Below, piece by piece: positions 8,010 through 16,647 of a stretch of DNA of 28,317 nt. The notes under the pieces were generated by a model that saw nothing but the letters and a program-made list of their open reading frames with translations, was not told the DNA's origin and searched no databases. Position 1 is the stretch's first letter; each line of letters starts with the position of its first letter. The stretch comes from Bacteriovoracaceae bacterium. GTDB taxonomy: Bacteria > Bdellovibrionota > Bacteriovoracia > Bacteriovoracales > Bacteriovoracaceae. Position numbers and translations under genes: made by a program. Location of the stretch: NCBI GenBank assembly GCA_049599895.1, contig JBMYPC010000027.1, positions 1-28,317 of the forward strand. The letters are read 5' to 3'.

Positions 8010-8816
8010 TCATAGTTCATCCGCGCTTTTTAAAACCATAGCAAAAAGAAATAGAAATAGGACTAACAAAGAAATTTGAACTGAAGTCGTACTCAAACGC
8101 TCAAAATAAATCGAAAGAGCGAGCCCAGAAACAGAGCAAATTGCAGAAGTAAACACCATAAAAACCGAAGCTCTTTTCTCAGAACTAAAAAGCGATCCCA
8201 CGAATAAAGAGGGCAACAAAAGAAAACTCATCGTATACAAAAATCCAAGACTATAAAGAAAAGTCACAAGTGGAATCGAAAACAAAAAAAGCTCAAACTT
8301 TGAATCATCTTTAGAACCAAGAATATTCACTTCCAAAGTATTTCGATTAATAGTCTTTCTTTTATTAAAATAGGCCATTAAAAAGAAAAACGAAGTTCCA
8401 AAGATTAAGACATTCTCAAACAGTGACGCTGTCACCATATTACCAAAAAAACCCACACTCATATGAGAATCAAGAAGCGGAAAAAAGCCAATCAGAAGGT
8501 ATTGAAGAGAAAGTAAAAAGAGGTATCCTCCTACCATAAAGACACCTTGTTCATGTCCATTGCTTTTCTTTTGATAGAGAAGATATTTACCAAGCCCAAA
8601 AAAAAGATAACTTAAAACCACACCCATCCAATCAACACCATGATCATGAAAAAGAAGTTTTGAAAGAAGATTCCCAAGCAATGCGAGCTGAGAAAGTAAA
8701 AAGATTTCAAGAATGTTCCCTCTCGAATAATAATGCTTTCCAATCTGAGCTAATGTTCCGGCTGAGAATGCTGCAACTACAAAAGAAAATGAATAAAATG
8801 CAAAGAGTTCAATCAT
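8010..8816 (-). CDS. Metal (Zn/Mn) ABC transporter permease, ZnuB-like
   Basis: Multi-pass membrane protein, last gene of the SBP/ATPase operon; LSQLALLG and FFGNM resemble ABC-3 motifs. Confidence 0.75.
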   Translation of the reverse strand: MIELFAFYSFSFVVAAFSAGTLAQIGKHYYSRGNILEIFLLSQLALLGNLLSKLLFHDHGVDWMGVVLSYLFFGLGKYLLYQKKSNGHEQGVFMVGGYLFLLSLQYLLIGFFPLLDSHMSVGFFGNMVTASLFENVLIFGTSFFFLMAYFNKRKTINRNTLEVNILGSKDDSKFELFLFSIPLVTFLYSLGFLYTMSFLLLPSLFVGSLFSSEKRASVFMVFTSAICSVSGLALSIYFERLSTTSVQISLLVLFLFLFAMVLKSADEL

Positions 8817-9397
8817 TGAAGTTCTACTTGTTTAAGGATCTCTGAGGGAAAGCAGACTTCAAGATGACTAACAAGTAAAAGAGAAAGTGGATCATTTCCA
8901 GAGACAAGTTTTGTCAATAACTCAGATAAAGAGTTTATAGAGTCGCGATCAAGATGATTAAACGGCTCATCGAGGATCAAAACTTTTATGTTTTTTGTCA
9001 GCCTTGTGAGAAGCATCACTTTTTGCTTTTCTCCTCCACTCATATCAATCCATCTTTTTTTGAAAAGATCTTTTGGCAACAAGCTCTTTCTCTCTTCAGG
9101 TATGTCATAAAAATCGAAAATTTCAGTGACTGTAAAAGAAAAATTGGAATTGGGGTTTGTCATCTGAGGAAGGTAGGAAACAAAACTTTTATCAATATTC
9201 CACTTATAGCTTCCACCTAGAGCATTCTTTTTTCCAAGAATCGTATGAATGAGAGTTGTTTTTCCAGAGCCATTCGCACCTTTAATGAAGGCCACTTGTC
9301 CAGGGCTTAAAGTAAAGCTTAAATCTTGAGTTAAGGGAGTTCCATAACCAAATAGCAGATTCGAGCATTCAAAAATAGGTTTGTCGCTATTTTCCAT
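8813..9397 (-). CDS. Metal ABC transporter ATP-binding protein, ZnuC-like
   Basis: GANGSGKT, YLPQ, MSGGEKQK, ILDEP, VSH. Confidence 0.9.
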   Translation of the reverse strand: MENSDKPIFECSNLLFGYGTPLTQDLSFTLSPGQVAFIKGANGSGKTTLIHTILGKKNALGGSYKWNIDKSFVSYLPQMTNPNSNFSFTVTEIFDFYDIPEERKSLLPKDLFKKRWIDMSGGEKQKVMLLTRLTKNIKVLILDEPFNHLDRDSINSLSELLTKLVSGNDPLSLLLVSHLEVCFPSEILKQVELQ

Positions 9398-10301
9398 ACC
9401 CTGATTTTGATTTATTTATGATCGCCATGGCAATAGTTTTGAGTAATTCCTCGTAGTTTTGAGGACCTCTTTCTTTGACAATACTCATGGGAAGTCTGGC
9501 AACGGGGGTTCCACTCATGCGCTCAAACTTATCAGTAATATTTTTTGGTGAAGTTGTTGCGGCAATAGCCACTGCAATTTTCTCTTGCTTGGCCTGAATC
9601 GAAACTCGTGCAAGCCTCCCCGCTGACGGTGGTACACCTGGGACCGATTCAATAGCGCCCACATTTTTAAGTCCAAACTCTGAAAAGAAATAAGTAAACT
9701 CTCGATGATACTCCATAAAGCTCTTACTTTTAACTGAAGAAAGTAGGCCAGAGATTTTCTTTTTTAATTGATCGAGAGACGTCTTTAAATTATCAAAATT
9801 CTTTAAATAATACTCAGCATTTTCTGAATCTAAATTGATCAGAGTATTAAGAACAGTTTCCCCCCCTTGAAGGAAGGCATTAGGGCCAAGATGGTAATGA
9901 GGATTCCCCATTGGATGAACATCCCCTTGTGTTCGGTCAATTTTTCCTTTGGGAATATCAAGGGCCTTAACAGTTTTTCCCGTTTCACAATAACCCTTTC
10001 CACCGGATTGAACTTTTTGATTTCCAGATTTTGTTAGGATCTTTGGGACCCAACCAATTTCAAGATCAAGGCCTACTAGACAAAACATATCGGCATTAGC
10101 GACCTTTCCAATAAAGTGTGGCATGGCATCGAGATAATGGGGATCTTCTGTTCCGTTAAGAAGAGATTCAACCTCTACTTTTTCTCCGCCAATCTGTTTC
10201 ACTAACCACTCAAGGTCTGTAGTCGTTGTAATCACGTTAATCTTTGCGTAACTCAAAAAAGGCAGGAAAAGTAATATTAAAGTCAAAATTTTAGAATTCA
10301 T
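9387..10301 (-). CDS. Metal ABC transporter substrate-binding protein, ZnuA-like
   Basis: VITTTTDL, EDPHY, GLDLEIGW, GDVHPMGNPHY and EYH ligand motifs. Confidence 0.92.
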   Translation of the reverse strand: MNSKILTLILLFLPFLSYAKINVITTTTDLEWLVKQIGGEKVEVESLLNGTEDPHYLDAMPHFIGKVANADMFCLVGLDLEIGWVPKILTKSGNQKVQSGGKGYCETGKTVKALDIPKGKIDRTQGDVHPMGNPHYHLGPNAFLQGGETVLNTLINLDSENAEYYLKNFDNLKTSLDQLKKKISGLLSSVKSKSFMEYHREFTYFFSEFGLKNVGAIESVPGVPPSAGRLARVSIQAKQEKIAVAIAATTSPKNITDKFERMSGTPVARLPMSIVKERGPQNYEELLKTIAMAIINKSKSGYGK

Positions 10302-11352
10302 GAGCGGGATGACTTCCTATAATGAAAATAAATTGCATGACCACACGAGTATCTTTTGAAGTGGTTTGCCCCTCTTCTCTTTCAAACTCGTGGCCAAGAC
10401 TTGCTCGGATTTTAGCAAACTCACTAGAGCGATAGGTTGCTTGAGCGAGTCCTCCATAAGTAATATTATTAATTTTCTTTTCTGTCAGAGCATTGATTTT
10501 TGAAAGGTCTTTAAATCCATCGAGTCTAAGGCCAACACTGGTTTGTTCCCCGGTGGCAAACTCATTAAAAAGATAAAGCCCTACTTGTTCAGTAATATCA
10601 TCGCTTGAATCTCTTTCATTTTTAAACCAAACCTCTGATTGAAGGAGGTACTTTAGAATTTTTCCCTCTCGAAACTTTGTGGTGAGATCAATCCCCACAA
10701 GTTTCATCTCATTATCTTGAGCATCCGTTCGCCCGAGAAAATTAACTCCAAGTTCAGAACCACTTGTCGAACTATAGGAATCAAACGTTGAAAGCCTTGC
10801 ATAATGAGTGGGAACCTTAGGTTTGCTGCCAGTTGTGTGAGAGTGACCGTAGCGATAACCACTTGTCACACCTAGAGTCAGATTAAAGGTCTGAGCTGTA
10901 GGAAATAAATAATTATATTCAAGACCTGTATCAAAAACCCCTTCATCATCAAAAAATGTTCGATGAACTAAAGGAGCACGAGTGAAAGGCCAATCGTGTT
11001 GGTGAAAACGATTCAAACGGCCAAGAGAAAGGAAGAATTGTCCTACTCTAATGTTGGACCTTGGAACAATTTTTGAAGTCGCAATGAAAAGCTCATGAAG
11101 CTCAAACATCGTCTCGCCCCCTTCATCATGAGCGGCAGCACTAAGAACTCCATCAAAATTATGATCAATCGGAGCATAAAGAATGATCTCTGCTCCTCTC
11201 ATCGTAAGTTTATCGTCAGCTTCACTCTCTTCATTCAAGCCTTGGTTATGAACCATATCACCTGAAACAGAAATCTCAAGCCCTGTACCAAGAAGGCGCG
11301 AAAAAGTTTGAAAGCTAAAAAGAAAAGTAAAAATGAGAATAAATTTATGCAT
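10291..11352 (-). CDS. His-motif outer-membrane beta-barrel protein (putative zinc porin)
   Basis: Signal peptide; alternating beta strands; GRLNRFHQHDWPF and C-terminal GSHPAHEF; at 353 aa it is too short for a TonB-dependent receptor with plug. Confidence 0.75.
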   Translation of the reverse strand: MHKFILIFTFLFSFQTFSRLLGTGLEISVSGDMVHNQGLNEESEADDKLTMRGAEIILYAPIDHNFDGVLSAAAHDEGGETMFELHELFIATSKIVPRSNIRVGQFFLSLGRLNRFHQHDWPFTRAPLVHRTFFDDEGVFDTGLEYNYLFPTAQTFNLTLGVTSGYRYGHSHTTGSKPKVPTHYARLSTFDSYSSTSGSELGVNFLGRTDAQDNEMKLVGIDLTTKFREGKILKYLLQSEVWFKNERDSSDDITEQVGLYLFNEFATGEQTSVGLRLDGFKDLSKINALTEKKINNITYGGLAQATYRSSEFAKIRASLGHEFEREEGQTTSKDTRVVMQFIFIIGSHPAHEF

Positions 11353-12007
11353 CTGAAATAGCCGGTAAAGGACCTTCTAAAAGAAGAATGAGAGACTTAT
11401 CCCCTTCAACACCCCAAAAAACGCCACTTGCTTTTCCAACACCTAGCCATTTATCAAAGGCAAAGTCTTCACTGTTATAAAGACAGTCTCCATCAAATGT
11501 ACACTCATCGGAATCCCCGTGAGCGCCATTTCGATCCCAAACAAGCAAATGGGCATCTGAGTGATCATTGTGAATATCAAGATCAATATCGATAACCTCT
11601 GAATCACTAAAGTCTTCAAGTTCAATAGTGTCAGTCTTTCCATTGAGGCTCATGGTTAAATTCACCGCTCCCTCAGATCTTTTAAAAGAGAAGGTTGCTC
11701 CCCCAGAGAAGCTTCGTGAAACATAGAAATGAAACTTTAATAACTTTCCTTCAGGAAGTTTAAATCTTAATCGAAAGCTATGGCCTGCGTTTCCACCGTT
11801 ATCAACAGTTCCCGTTAAAAGAAATTTCTGGCCACCAACACTTACGGCATTTAAGCCACCAACGACTTCTTGTTTACCATCAAGAATATTGGCCCCTGTA
11901 TCTTCTCCTGTAAGCTCACCGCAAGAGAAAAGAAGCGAACAAAGACAGCACATTAAAGTCAAATTCAATAATCGATTCAATTTACTCTCCTTGTTCTTTT
12001 GTTTCAT
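11345..12007 (-). CDS. Hypothetical lipoprotein with HNDHSDAH motif
   Basis: Lipobox LLFS-C; beta-rich; overlaps the barrel gene start. Confidence 0.7.
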   Translation of the reverse strand: MKQKNKESKLNRLLNLTLMCCLCSLLFSCGELTGEDTGANILDGKQEVVGGLNAVSVGGQKFLLTGTVDNGGNAGHSFRLRFKLPEGKLLKFHFYVSRSFSGGATFSFKRSEGAVNLTMSLNGKTDTIELEDFSDSEVIDIDLDIHNDHSDAHLLVWDRNGAHGDSDECTFDGDCLYNSEDFAFDKWLGVGKASGVFWGVEGDKSLILLLEGPLPAISDA

Positions 12008-12012
12008 CAACT

Positions 12013-12618
12013 CTAGAAGTCTAGAGTTGGCTCTTCTTCGCCAGTGTTACTGTAATGACAGCTAAAGTGATCATCATGACCATGAACATGGCAGATAACA
12101 AAAATTGCACTCGCTGTACCATCAAGTTCGTAATTAAGTTTAGTCCAAACATCTGGTCCATGATCGTGCCCATGTCCACCACCATGATCGTCTTCATGAA
12201 TCCATACTTTTACGGCACTTAAAATCGAAAGATCTTTTCCACGTCTTTTCATTGTTTTTTCAAACTTAGTAACGGCGGCTGTGTGACCCTTTTGGACAAA
12301 ATCAAAAGTGATATCAGCATCTTTATGTTGGTGATTGTTCCCTTGGCCTACAAACTCTTCGTGACAAACCATAGCTGGGTTGGGAAGGTGCTGGTGACAA
12401 CCATAAGTTAATTTTACATCGTGTTCATTGAGAATTTTAACTTCAACCTCGTGATCATCGACTTCAGACTGCCAAGCAATGATTGAATCTTTATCGATTG
12501 AAACACTGGCTTCAACTAATGCCGCATCAAAGGCAGCTGAGATATCTTTACCACTTAGCTGTGATGCAAATAGACTGTGTGAAAATAGCGCTAATAGAAC
12601 TGCTGTGAATAGTTTCAT
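12013..12618 (-). CDS. Secreted His-rich protein with two CHxH...CH repeats
   Basis: SD GGAGGGAG; signal peptide; 19 His in 201 aa; YGCHQH-x6-VCH and VICHVH-x6-SCH. Confidence 0.85.
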   Translation of the reverse strand: MKLFTAVLLALFSHSLFASQLSGKDISAAFDAALVEASVSIDKDSIIAWQSEVDDHEVEVKILNEHDVKLTYGCHQHLPNPAMVCHEEFVGQGNNHQHKDADITFDFVQKGHTAAVTKFEKTMKRRGKDLSILSAVKVWIHEDDHGGGHGHDHGPDVWTKLNYELDGTASAIFVICHVHGHDDHFSCHYSNTGEEEPTLDF

Positions 12619-12672
12619 TACTCCCTCCGTGCTTAAGTTTAAAAGCTAACACCAAGTATCATATTGCGAGTT

Positions 12673-12695
12673 TTATTGCAATTCACTTGCAATAA
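12673..12695. promoter_or_regulatory. Putative Zur/Fur-family operator TTATTGCAA-N5-TTGCAATAA
   Basis: Perfect 9-5-9 inverted repeat between the metal operon and the divergent Fur-family gene; extra TTGC half-sites at 12664 and 12699. Confidence 0.75.
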
Positions 12696-12864
12696 GTGTT
12701 GCATTTTTCACACAGGCCACAAAACACTAGGTTCATTGCAAAAAAACACCCAAACATTCAAAAACACATGTCTTAACGCAACAGATATAACGAAAGTTTG
12801 ATCCCTTCTTAAATCTTTATTATGATTAATCTCAATTCACTGTAAGGAAATAACTAGAATTAGC

Positions 12865-13335
12865 ATGAATAAGCTTTCTCAAATCAAAGACATTCTTCAA
12901 TCAGAAGGCTTGAGAATCACTCAATCGCGTCTATCTGTGGCCACAATACTAATTAAGAATAATGCACTTTTGACACCAGAAGAGATCTATAACCGGATTT
13001 TGAAATCAAAAACCCTAAGCTCTGACCAAGCATCAGTCTATCGAACCCTCTCTACCTTTGAAGAACTAGGACTTGTAAAAAAAAGCATCTTCCAGGGTGA
13101 ACCAGCGAGATACATGCTCGAATCATTTGAAAAAAAGAAATGCCAAGGCCATGACCACGATCATGACCATGCGCACGAACACTATTTTAAATGCGTGAAA
13201 TGTAAAAAAATTGAACCGTTCACAGGCTGCTTGGTTTCTCAAAAAGAAAAAGAGCTAGAAAAAAAGGGCTACCGAAACCTGAGCCACCACCTTGAAATCA
13301 CCGGTATTTGTCCCAGCTGCGCGAAAGCCAGTTAG
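12865..13335 (+). CDS. zur: Fur-family transcriptional regulator, probably Zur
   Basis: GLRITQSR, SVYRTL, HEHYFKCVKC and ITGICPSC; His-rich loop; divergent from a Zn ABC operon. Confidence 0.85.
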   Translation: MNKLSQIKDILQSEGLRITQSRLSVATILIKNNALLTPEEIYNRILKSKTLSSDQASVYRTLSTFEELGLVKKSIFQGEPARYMLESFEKKKCQGHDHDHDHAHEHYFKCVKCKKIEPFTGCLVSQKEKELEKKGYRNLSHHLEITGICPSCAKAS

Positions 13336-13403
13336 CTTTCCTGATTTTAGTCAACTTCTTTGCTCCAAAATCTAACACTATCTTTCAAGGCCCTTTAAAG
13401 AAG

Positions 13404-13418
13404 TGCAAATTATTTGCA
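13404..13418. promoter_or_regulatory. Second TGCAA-N5-TTGCA box upstream of the protease
   Basis: TGCAAAT-T-ATTTGCA, a perfect palindrome 55 bp before the ATG. Confidence 0.55.
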
Positions 13419-13472
13419 ACAGGATAAAAGATTTGTATCCTCTCTTATCGACATATTTCATGGGAGGTAAAT

Positions 13473-14321
13473 ATGATGAAGCTGTTTTTTGGCTTATGTC
13501 TTTGGCTACTTGCAAATAATGCCTTTGCATTTCCTATCGCCCCATTTGACGCCCTCAAATCGAATATCGAACCACCTCTTTACGAGAATGCGCTAAGCTA
13601 TGACTTTGAAGGAATCGTTAAGCTTTCAAACTGTAGTGGTTCTATTATTAAATTCCAAGGTCAAAGTCTTGATGACAACGCGATTGTTCTTACCAACGGT
13701 CACTGCCTCGGTGGAAGGTTCTTACAGCCAGGAGAAGTTGCTTACAAGAAACCATCAAGAAGAAGAATGAGAGTTGCTGATAAAAATATGAGATTCCACT
13801 CAATTACAGCTAAAGAACTTATCTACGGAACTATGACTGATACAGATGCCGCTCTTTATAGGCTTCGTGAAACTTATAACGACCTTGAAAAACTTGGAAT
13901 CCAAGCTTTTGAACTTTCTAATCAAAGACCTCAAGTTGGAACTGCAATTGAAGTTGTTTCTGGATACTGGGAAAGAGGTTACTCTTGTGCCATTGATGAT
14001 TTTGTTCACATCTTAAAAGAAGCTTCGTGGACATTTACAGATTCAATTCGTTACACGAGCCCTGGTTGTGAAATCATTGGCGGAACAAGTGGATCACCAA
14101 TCATTCAAAGCGGAACGAGAATTGTTATTGGTGTAAACAATACGGCCAATCAATCCGGTAGAAGATGTGCCATGAATAATCCATGTGAAGTTGATAAGAA
14201 TAACTCTGTCTCGGTAAGAAGAGGGGCAGGTTACGGACAGCAAACTTATTTATTCTACACTTGCTTAAATGCTCAGAACGATATTGATCTTAGCCTAGCC
14301 GGATGTAAGCTTCCAAAGTAA
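13473..14321 (+). CDS. Secreted trypsin-like (S1) serine protease
   Basis: Signal peptide; CSGS, LTNGHC, TD and GGTSGSP catalytic motifs; SD GGGAGG. Confidence 0.92.
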   Translation: MMKLFFGLCLWLLANNAFAFPIAPFDALKSNIEPPLYENALSYDFEGIVKLSNCSGSIIKFQGQSLDDNAIVLTNGHCLGGRFLQPGEVAYKKPSRRRMRVADKNMRFHSITAKELIYGTMTDTDAALYRLRETYNDLEKLGIQAFELSNQRPQVGTAIEVVSGYWERGYSCAIDDFVHILKEASWTFTDSIRYTSPGCEIIGGTSGSPIIQSGTRIVIGVNNTANQSGRRCAMNNPCEVDKNNSVSVRRGAGYGQQTYLFYTCLNAQNDIDLSLAGCKLPK

Positions 14322-14351
14322 GTCTTTCTTAAAACTTTAATTGAAAAATAG

Positions 14352-14384
14352 AAAAGCCAGCAATTTAATTGCTGGCTTTTTTTT
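14352..14384. terminator. Bidirectional rho-independent terminator
   Basis: AAAAGCCAGCAATT-T-AATTGCTGGCTTTT followed by a T run, between convergent genes. Confidence 0.85.
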
Positions 14385-14919
14385 ATTTAAAAGTTCCTCT
14401 AATTGGATAATTATTTTCAGGATTTCGAATCCAATTAATTCCAGACAATAAAGCTGACAACTCTGGCCTTACAAACGGGTTATTGGAAATATCAACCACA
14501 TGTAAATTAAAATCTTCATTCACAATAAAAAGACCTGGCTCTGCAAAGGGACGATCCGTTTCTTGTGGGGATCTTGGGTCTGAAATATAAACTCCAAGCT
14601 CTTTCATTTGTTCAATTGAGAGATCATAGCCCACATCAAAAGAGAGATTTAATTTCTCCTGGGCCTGAAGCTTTGCCTTCTCCTCTGTGTCTGCTGAGAC
14701 AACCACAATATCAACACCAACATTTAAGAAGTCTTCTTTCATCTCAGAGATTTTGGCAAGATACTTTGTACAAAGTGGGCAATGCTTTCCACGATAAACC
14801 ACAACCATCTGCCAGGTCGCTCCATTCTTGGGAACTCCAAGTTTTATATCCTCTCCATCAAGCACTTTGACTTTAATATCTGGAAACTTATCGCCCGCCG
14901 ATAACTTTATTGAACTCAT
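14383..14919 (-). CDS. Peroxiredoxin-like (AhpC/TSA) family protein
   Basis: VYRGKHCPLC, FAEPGLF, PFVRP; start reassigned to the ATG at 14919 after SD AAGGAG. Confidence 0.88.
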   Translation of the reverse strand: MSSIKLSAGDKFPDIKVKVLDGEDIKLGVPKNGATWQMVVVYRGKHCPLCTKYLAKISEMKEDFLNVGVDIVVVSADTEEKAKLQAQEKLNLSFDVGYDLSIEQMKELGVYISDPRSPQETDRPFAEPGLFIVNEDFNLHVVDISNNPFVRPELSALLSGINWIRNPENNYPIRGTFK

Positions 14920-14971
14920 ATCTTCAATCTCCTTAATTAATTCCAATAGATTTTATGTTATTATAATGACA

Positions 14972-15008
14972 AGGTTACCAAAATCAACCAGTATACTTTT
15001 TGTAACCT
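14972..15008. promoter_or_regulatory. Putative HxlR-family operator
   Basis: AGGTTACcAAAA...TTTTtGTAACCT inverted repeat between divergent genes. Confidence 0.55.
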
Positions 15009-15025
15009 AGTTTTTTGAGATTTTT

Positions 15026-15343
15026 ATGAGTAAACCAACATGTACAGAACCCTGCCCTATTGAAAAAGGCATGAGAGTGATCGGAGGAAAATGGAAGGGC
15101 TCCATTCTCTGGCACCTAAAAGATGGCCCTGTGAGATTTAATGAGCTCACTCGTCAACTAGGAGGAGCCAGTAAAAAAGTCATTACTGAACGTCTAAGAG
15201 AGATGGAACAAATTGGTCTCGTGAAAAGAAAAGTTTTAAATGACAGGCCTATCGCCGTTTCTTATGAAATTACAAAGTTTGGAAAAACAGCACTGAGGAT
15301 TTTAGAGGAGCTCAAAGACTGGTCTATTAAACACAAACTTTAA
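15026..15343 (+). CDS. HxlR-family winged-helix regulator
   Basis: CPIE...IGGKWK..IL..L....RFNEL...LREME..GLV.R...YEIT. Confidence 0.92.
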   Translation: MSKPTCTEPCPIEKGMRVIGGKWKGSILWHLKDGPVRFNELTRQLGGASKKVITERLREMEQIGLVKRKVLNDRPIAVSYEITKFGKTALRILEELKDWSIKHKL

Positions 15344-15352
15344 TTTCAATCC

Positions 15353-15547
15353 TCAGCGCTGTCGCTTCTGCGCTTTATTGCACCTAAGCTCTATTTCAAA
15401 ACAGTTTGTATTGGCATCACATTCGTTAGCCATTTCTTTCATTGGGCCTTCAACTCTTAAAGACTCTTGGTGCGAATGAGCGTTAAGAGTTAGGGGAAGA
15501 ACAAAAATTGCCAAAACAAAAAACCTAAAAAATTTCTGAGTCGTCAT
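15353..15547 (-). CDS. Small secreted hypothetical protein (64 aa)
   Basis: SD AAGGAGG before the ATG at 15547; signal peptide ending LNA; three Cys. Confidence 0.55.
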   Translation of the reverse strand: MTTQKFFRFFVLAIFVLPLTLNAHSHQESLRVEGPMKEMANECDANTNCFEIELRCNKAQKRQR

Positions 15548-15751
15548 AATTCCTCCTTGATGATCAGTTGTGATTATTTTTATCAGGAAACTCGACATTG
15601 AGAAATTATATATTTTCAAAACCATTTATTGATTTTATCGATCTCATCTTTTTTTATTTAAGCAGTACAAGCAATGTCTACCTTCAACAAGAGTTTATAC
15701 AACTTAAAAAAAAATCAAGATTCTATTAGAGTCAATCTATAAGGAGTCATC

Positions 15752-15925
15752 ATGTTTAATTTTCTAAAATCAGATCCCGTAAAAAAACTTCAAAAGAGTT
15801 ATGAAAGTAAAATGAAAGAAGCAATGGATGCTCAAAGAAATGGTGACATTGATCGTTTTAGCACTCTTTCTCAAGAAGCTGATCTCATTCTTAAAGAAAT
15901 TGATCAACTTAAAAAGAGTTCTTAG
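15752..15925 (+). CDS. DUF6435-like small helical protein (57 aa; absent from the ORF track)
   Basis: SD AAGGAG; MFNFLKSDPVKKLQKSYESKMKEAMDAQRNGDIDRFSTLSQEADLILKEIDQLKKSS. Confidence 0.8.
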   Translation: MFNFLKSDPVKKLQKSYESKMKEAMDAQRNGDIDRFSTLSQEADLILKEIDQLKKSS

Positions 15926-16647
15926 AACTCAAGAGTTTCGCCATCCCAGTTTTTAAAGAAGTCTTGTTCCAAAGCCTCATGGGATTCGATGACCGATAGA
16001 ATATTCTTCGCACTTTCATGAGGCTCATGAATCTTATGAACAACACCTTTTAAAAACGGAGTCGAAAGAGCAGTCTTCGTGGTCCCTGGATGAATGGAAA
16101 GAACTCGACATCTTTGTTTTTTCTGAGTCAGTTCAATCAATAAATTCTTCATGATCATATTAAGAGCAGCCTTAGACGCTCTATAACTTCCCCACCCACC
16201 AATGCGATTATCAGAAAGGCTTCCGACTTTTGCTGAAAGTGCGACAAACAAACTTTCATTATTCCTTTCAAACAGAGGTATGAGGTATTTAGCTGCCAAA
16301 GCAATCGAGAAAGTATTGACTAAAAAAGTTTCTTGCATGGTTTTTAAATTATAGTGCCTAAGTGACTTCTCTGGAGCTAATTCTTTATTGTGAAGAAAGC
16401 CCTGGCAGTTAATAACACCATCGATTGCCCCAAGCCTCTCTTTTACGAAACAACGAAACTGAGACCAGCTCGACTCATCTGAGATGTCGATTTGAAAACA
16501 ATTCTCATGAGTACAATCACGACTCGCAAACACGACTTCACAAGATCGTAATTCAAGCTCACCTCTGATTGCTTGCCCAATACCTCCATTACCACCAATA
16601 ACGACGAGTTTTTTATTCTCTATAAAAGCTGTCATGCTGTTTCCCAT
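15922..16647 (-). CDS. SDR oxidoreductase, C-factor/CsgA-like
   Basis: GGNGGIG, PEKSL, LSAKVGSLSDNRIGGWGSYRASKAALN, HPGTT.T.LS.PF. Confidence 0.9.
   Translation of the reverse strand: MGNSMTAFIENKKLVVIGGNGGIGQAIRGELELRSCEVVFASRDCTHENCFQIDISDESSWSQFRCFVKERLGAIDGVINCQGFLHNKELAPEKSLRHYNLKTMQETFLVNTFSIALAAKYLIPLFERNNESLFVALSAKVGSLSDNRIGGWGSYRASKAALNMIMKNLLIELTQKKQRCRVLSIHPGTTKTALSTPFLKGVVHKIHEPHESAKNILSVIESHEALEQDFFKNWDGETLEF

Noticed and set aside
10291..11352. TonB-dependent receptor ZnuD
   Set aside because: Too short for a 22-strand barrel plus plug, and no TonB box is evident.
12013..12618. Multiheme cytochrome c
   Set aside because: The CH dipeptides are not in CxxCH spacing.
12819..12836. 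Fur-box-like imperfect palindrome ATTATGATTAATCTCAAT before the zur-like gene
   Set aside because: Only 7/9 symmetric in very AT-rich DNA; not distinguishable from chance.
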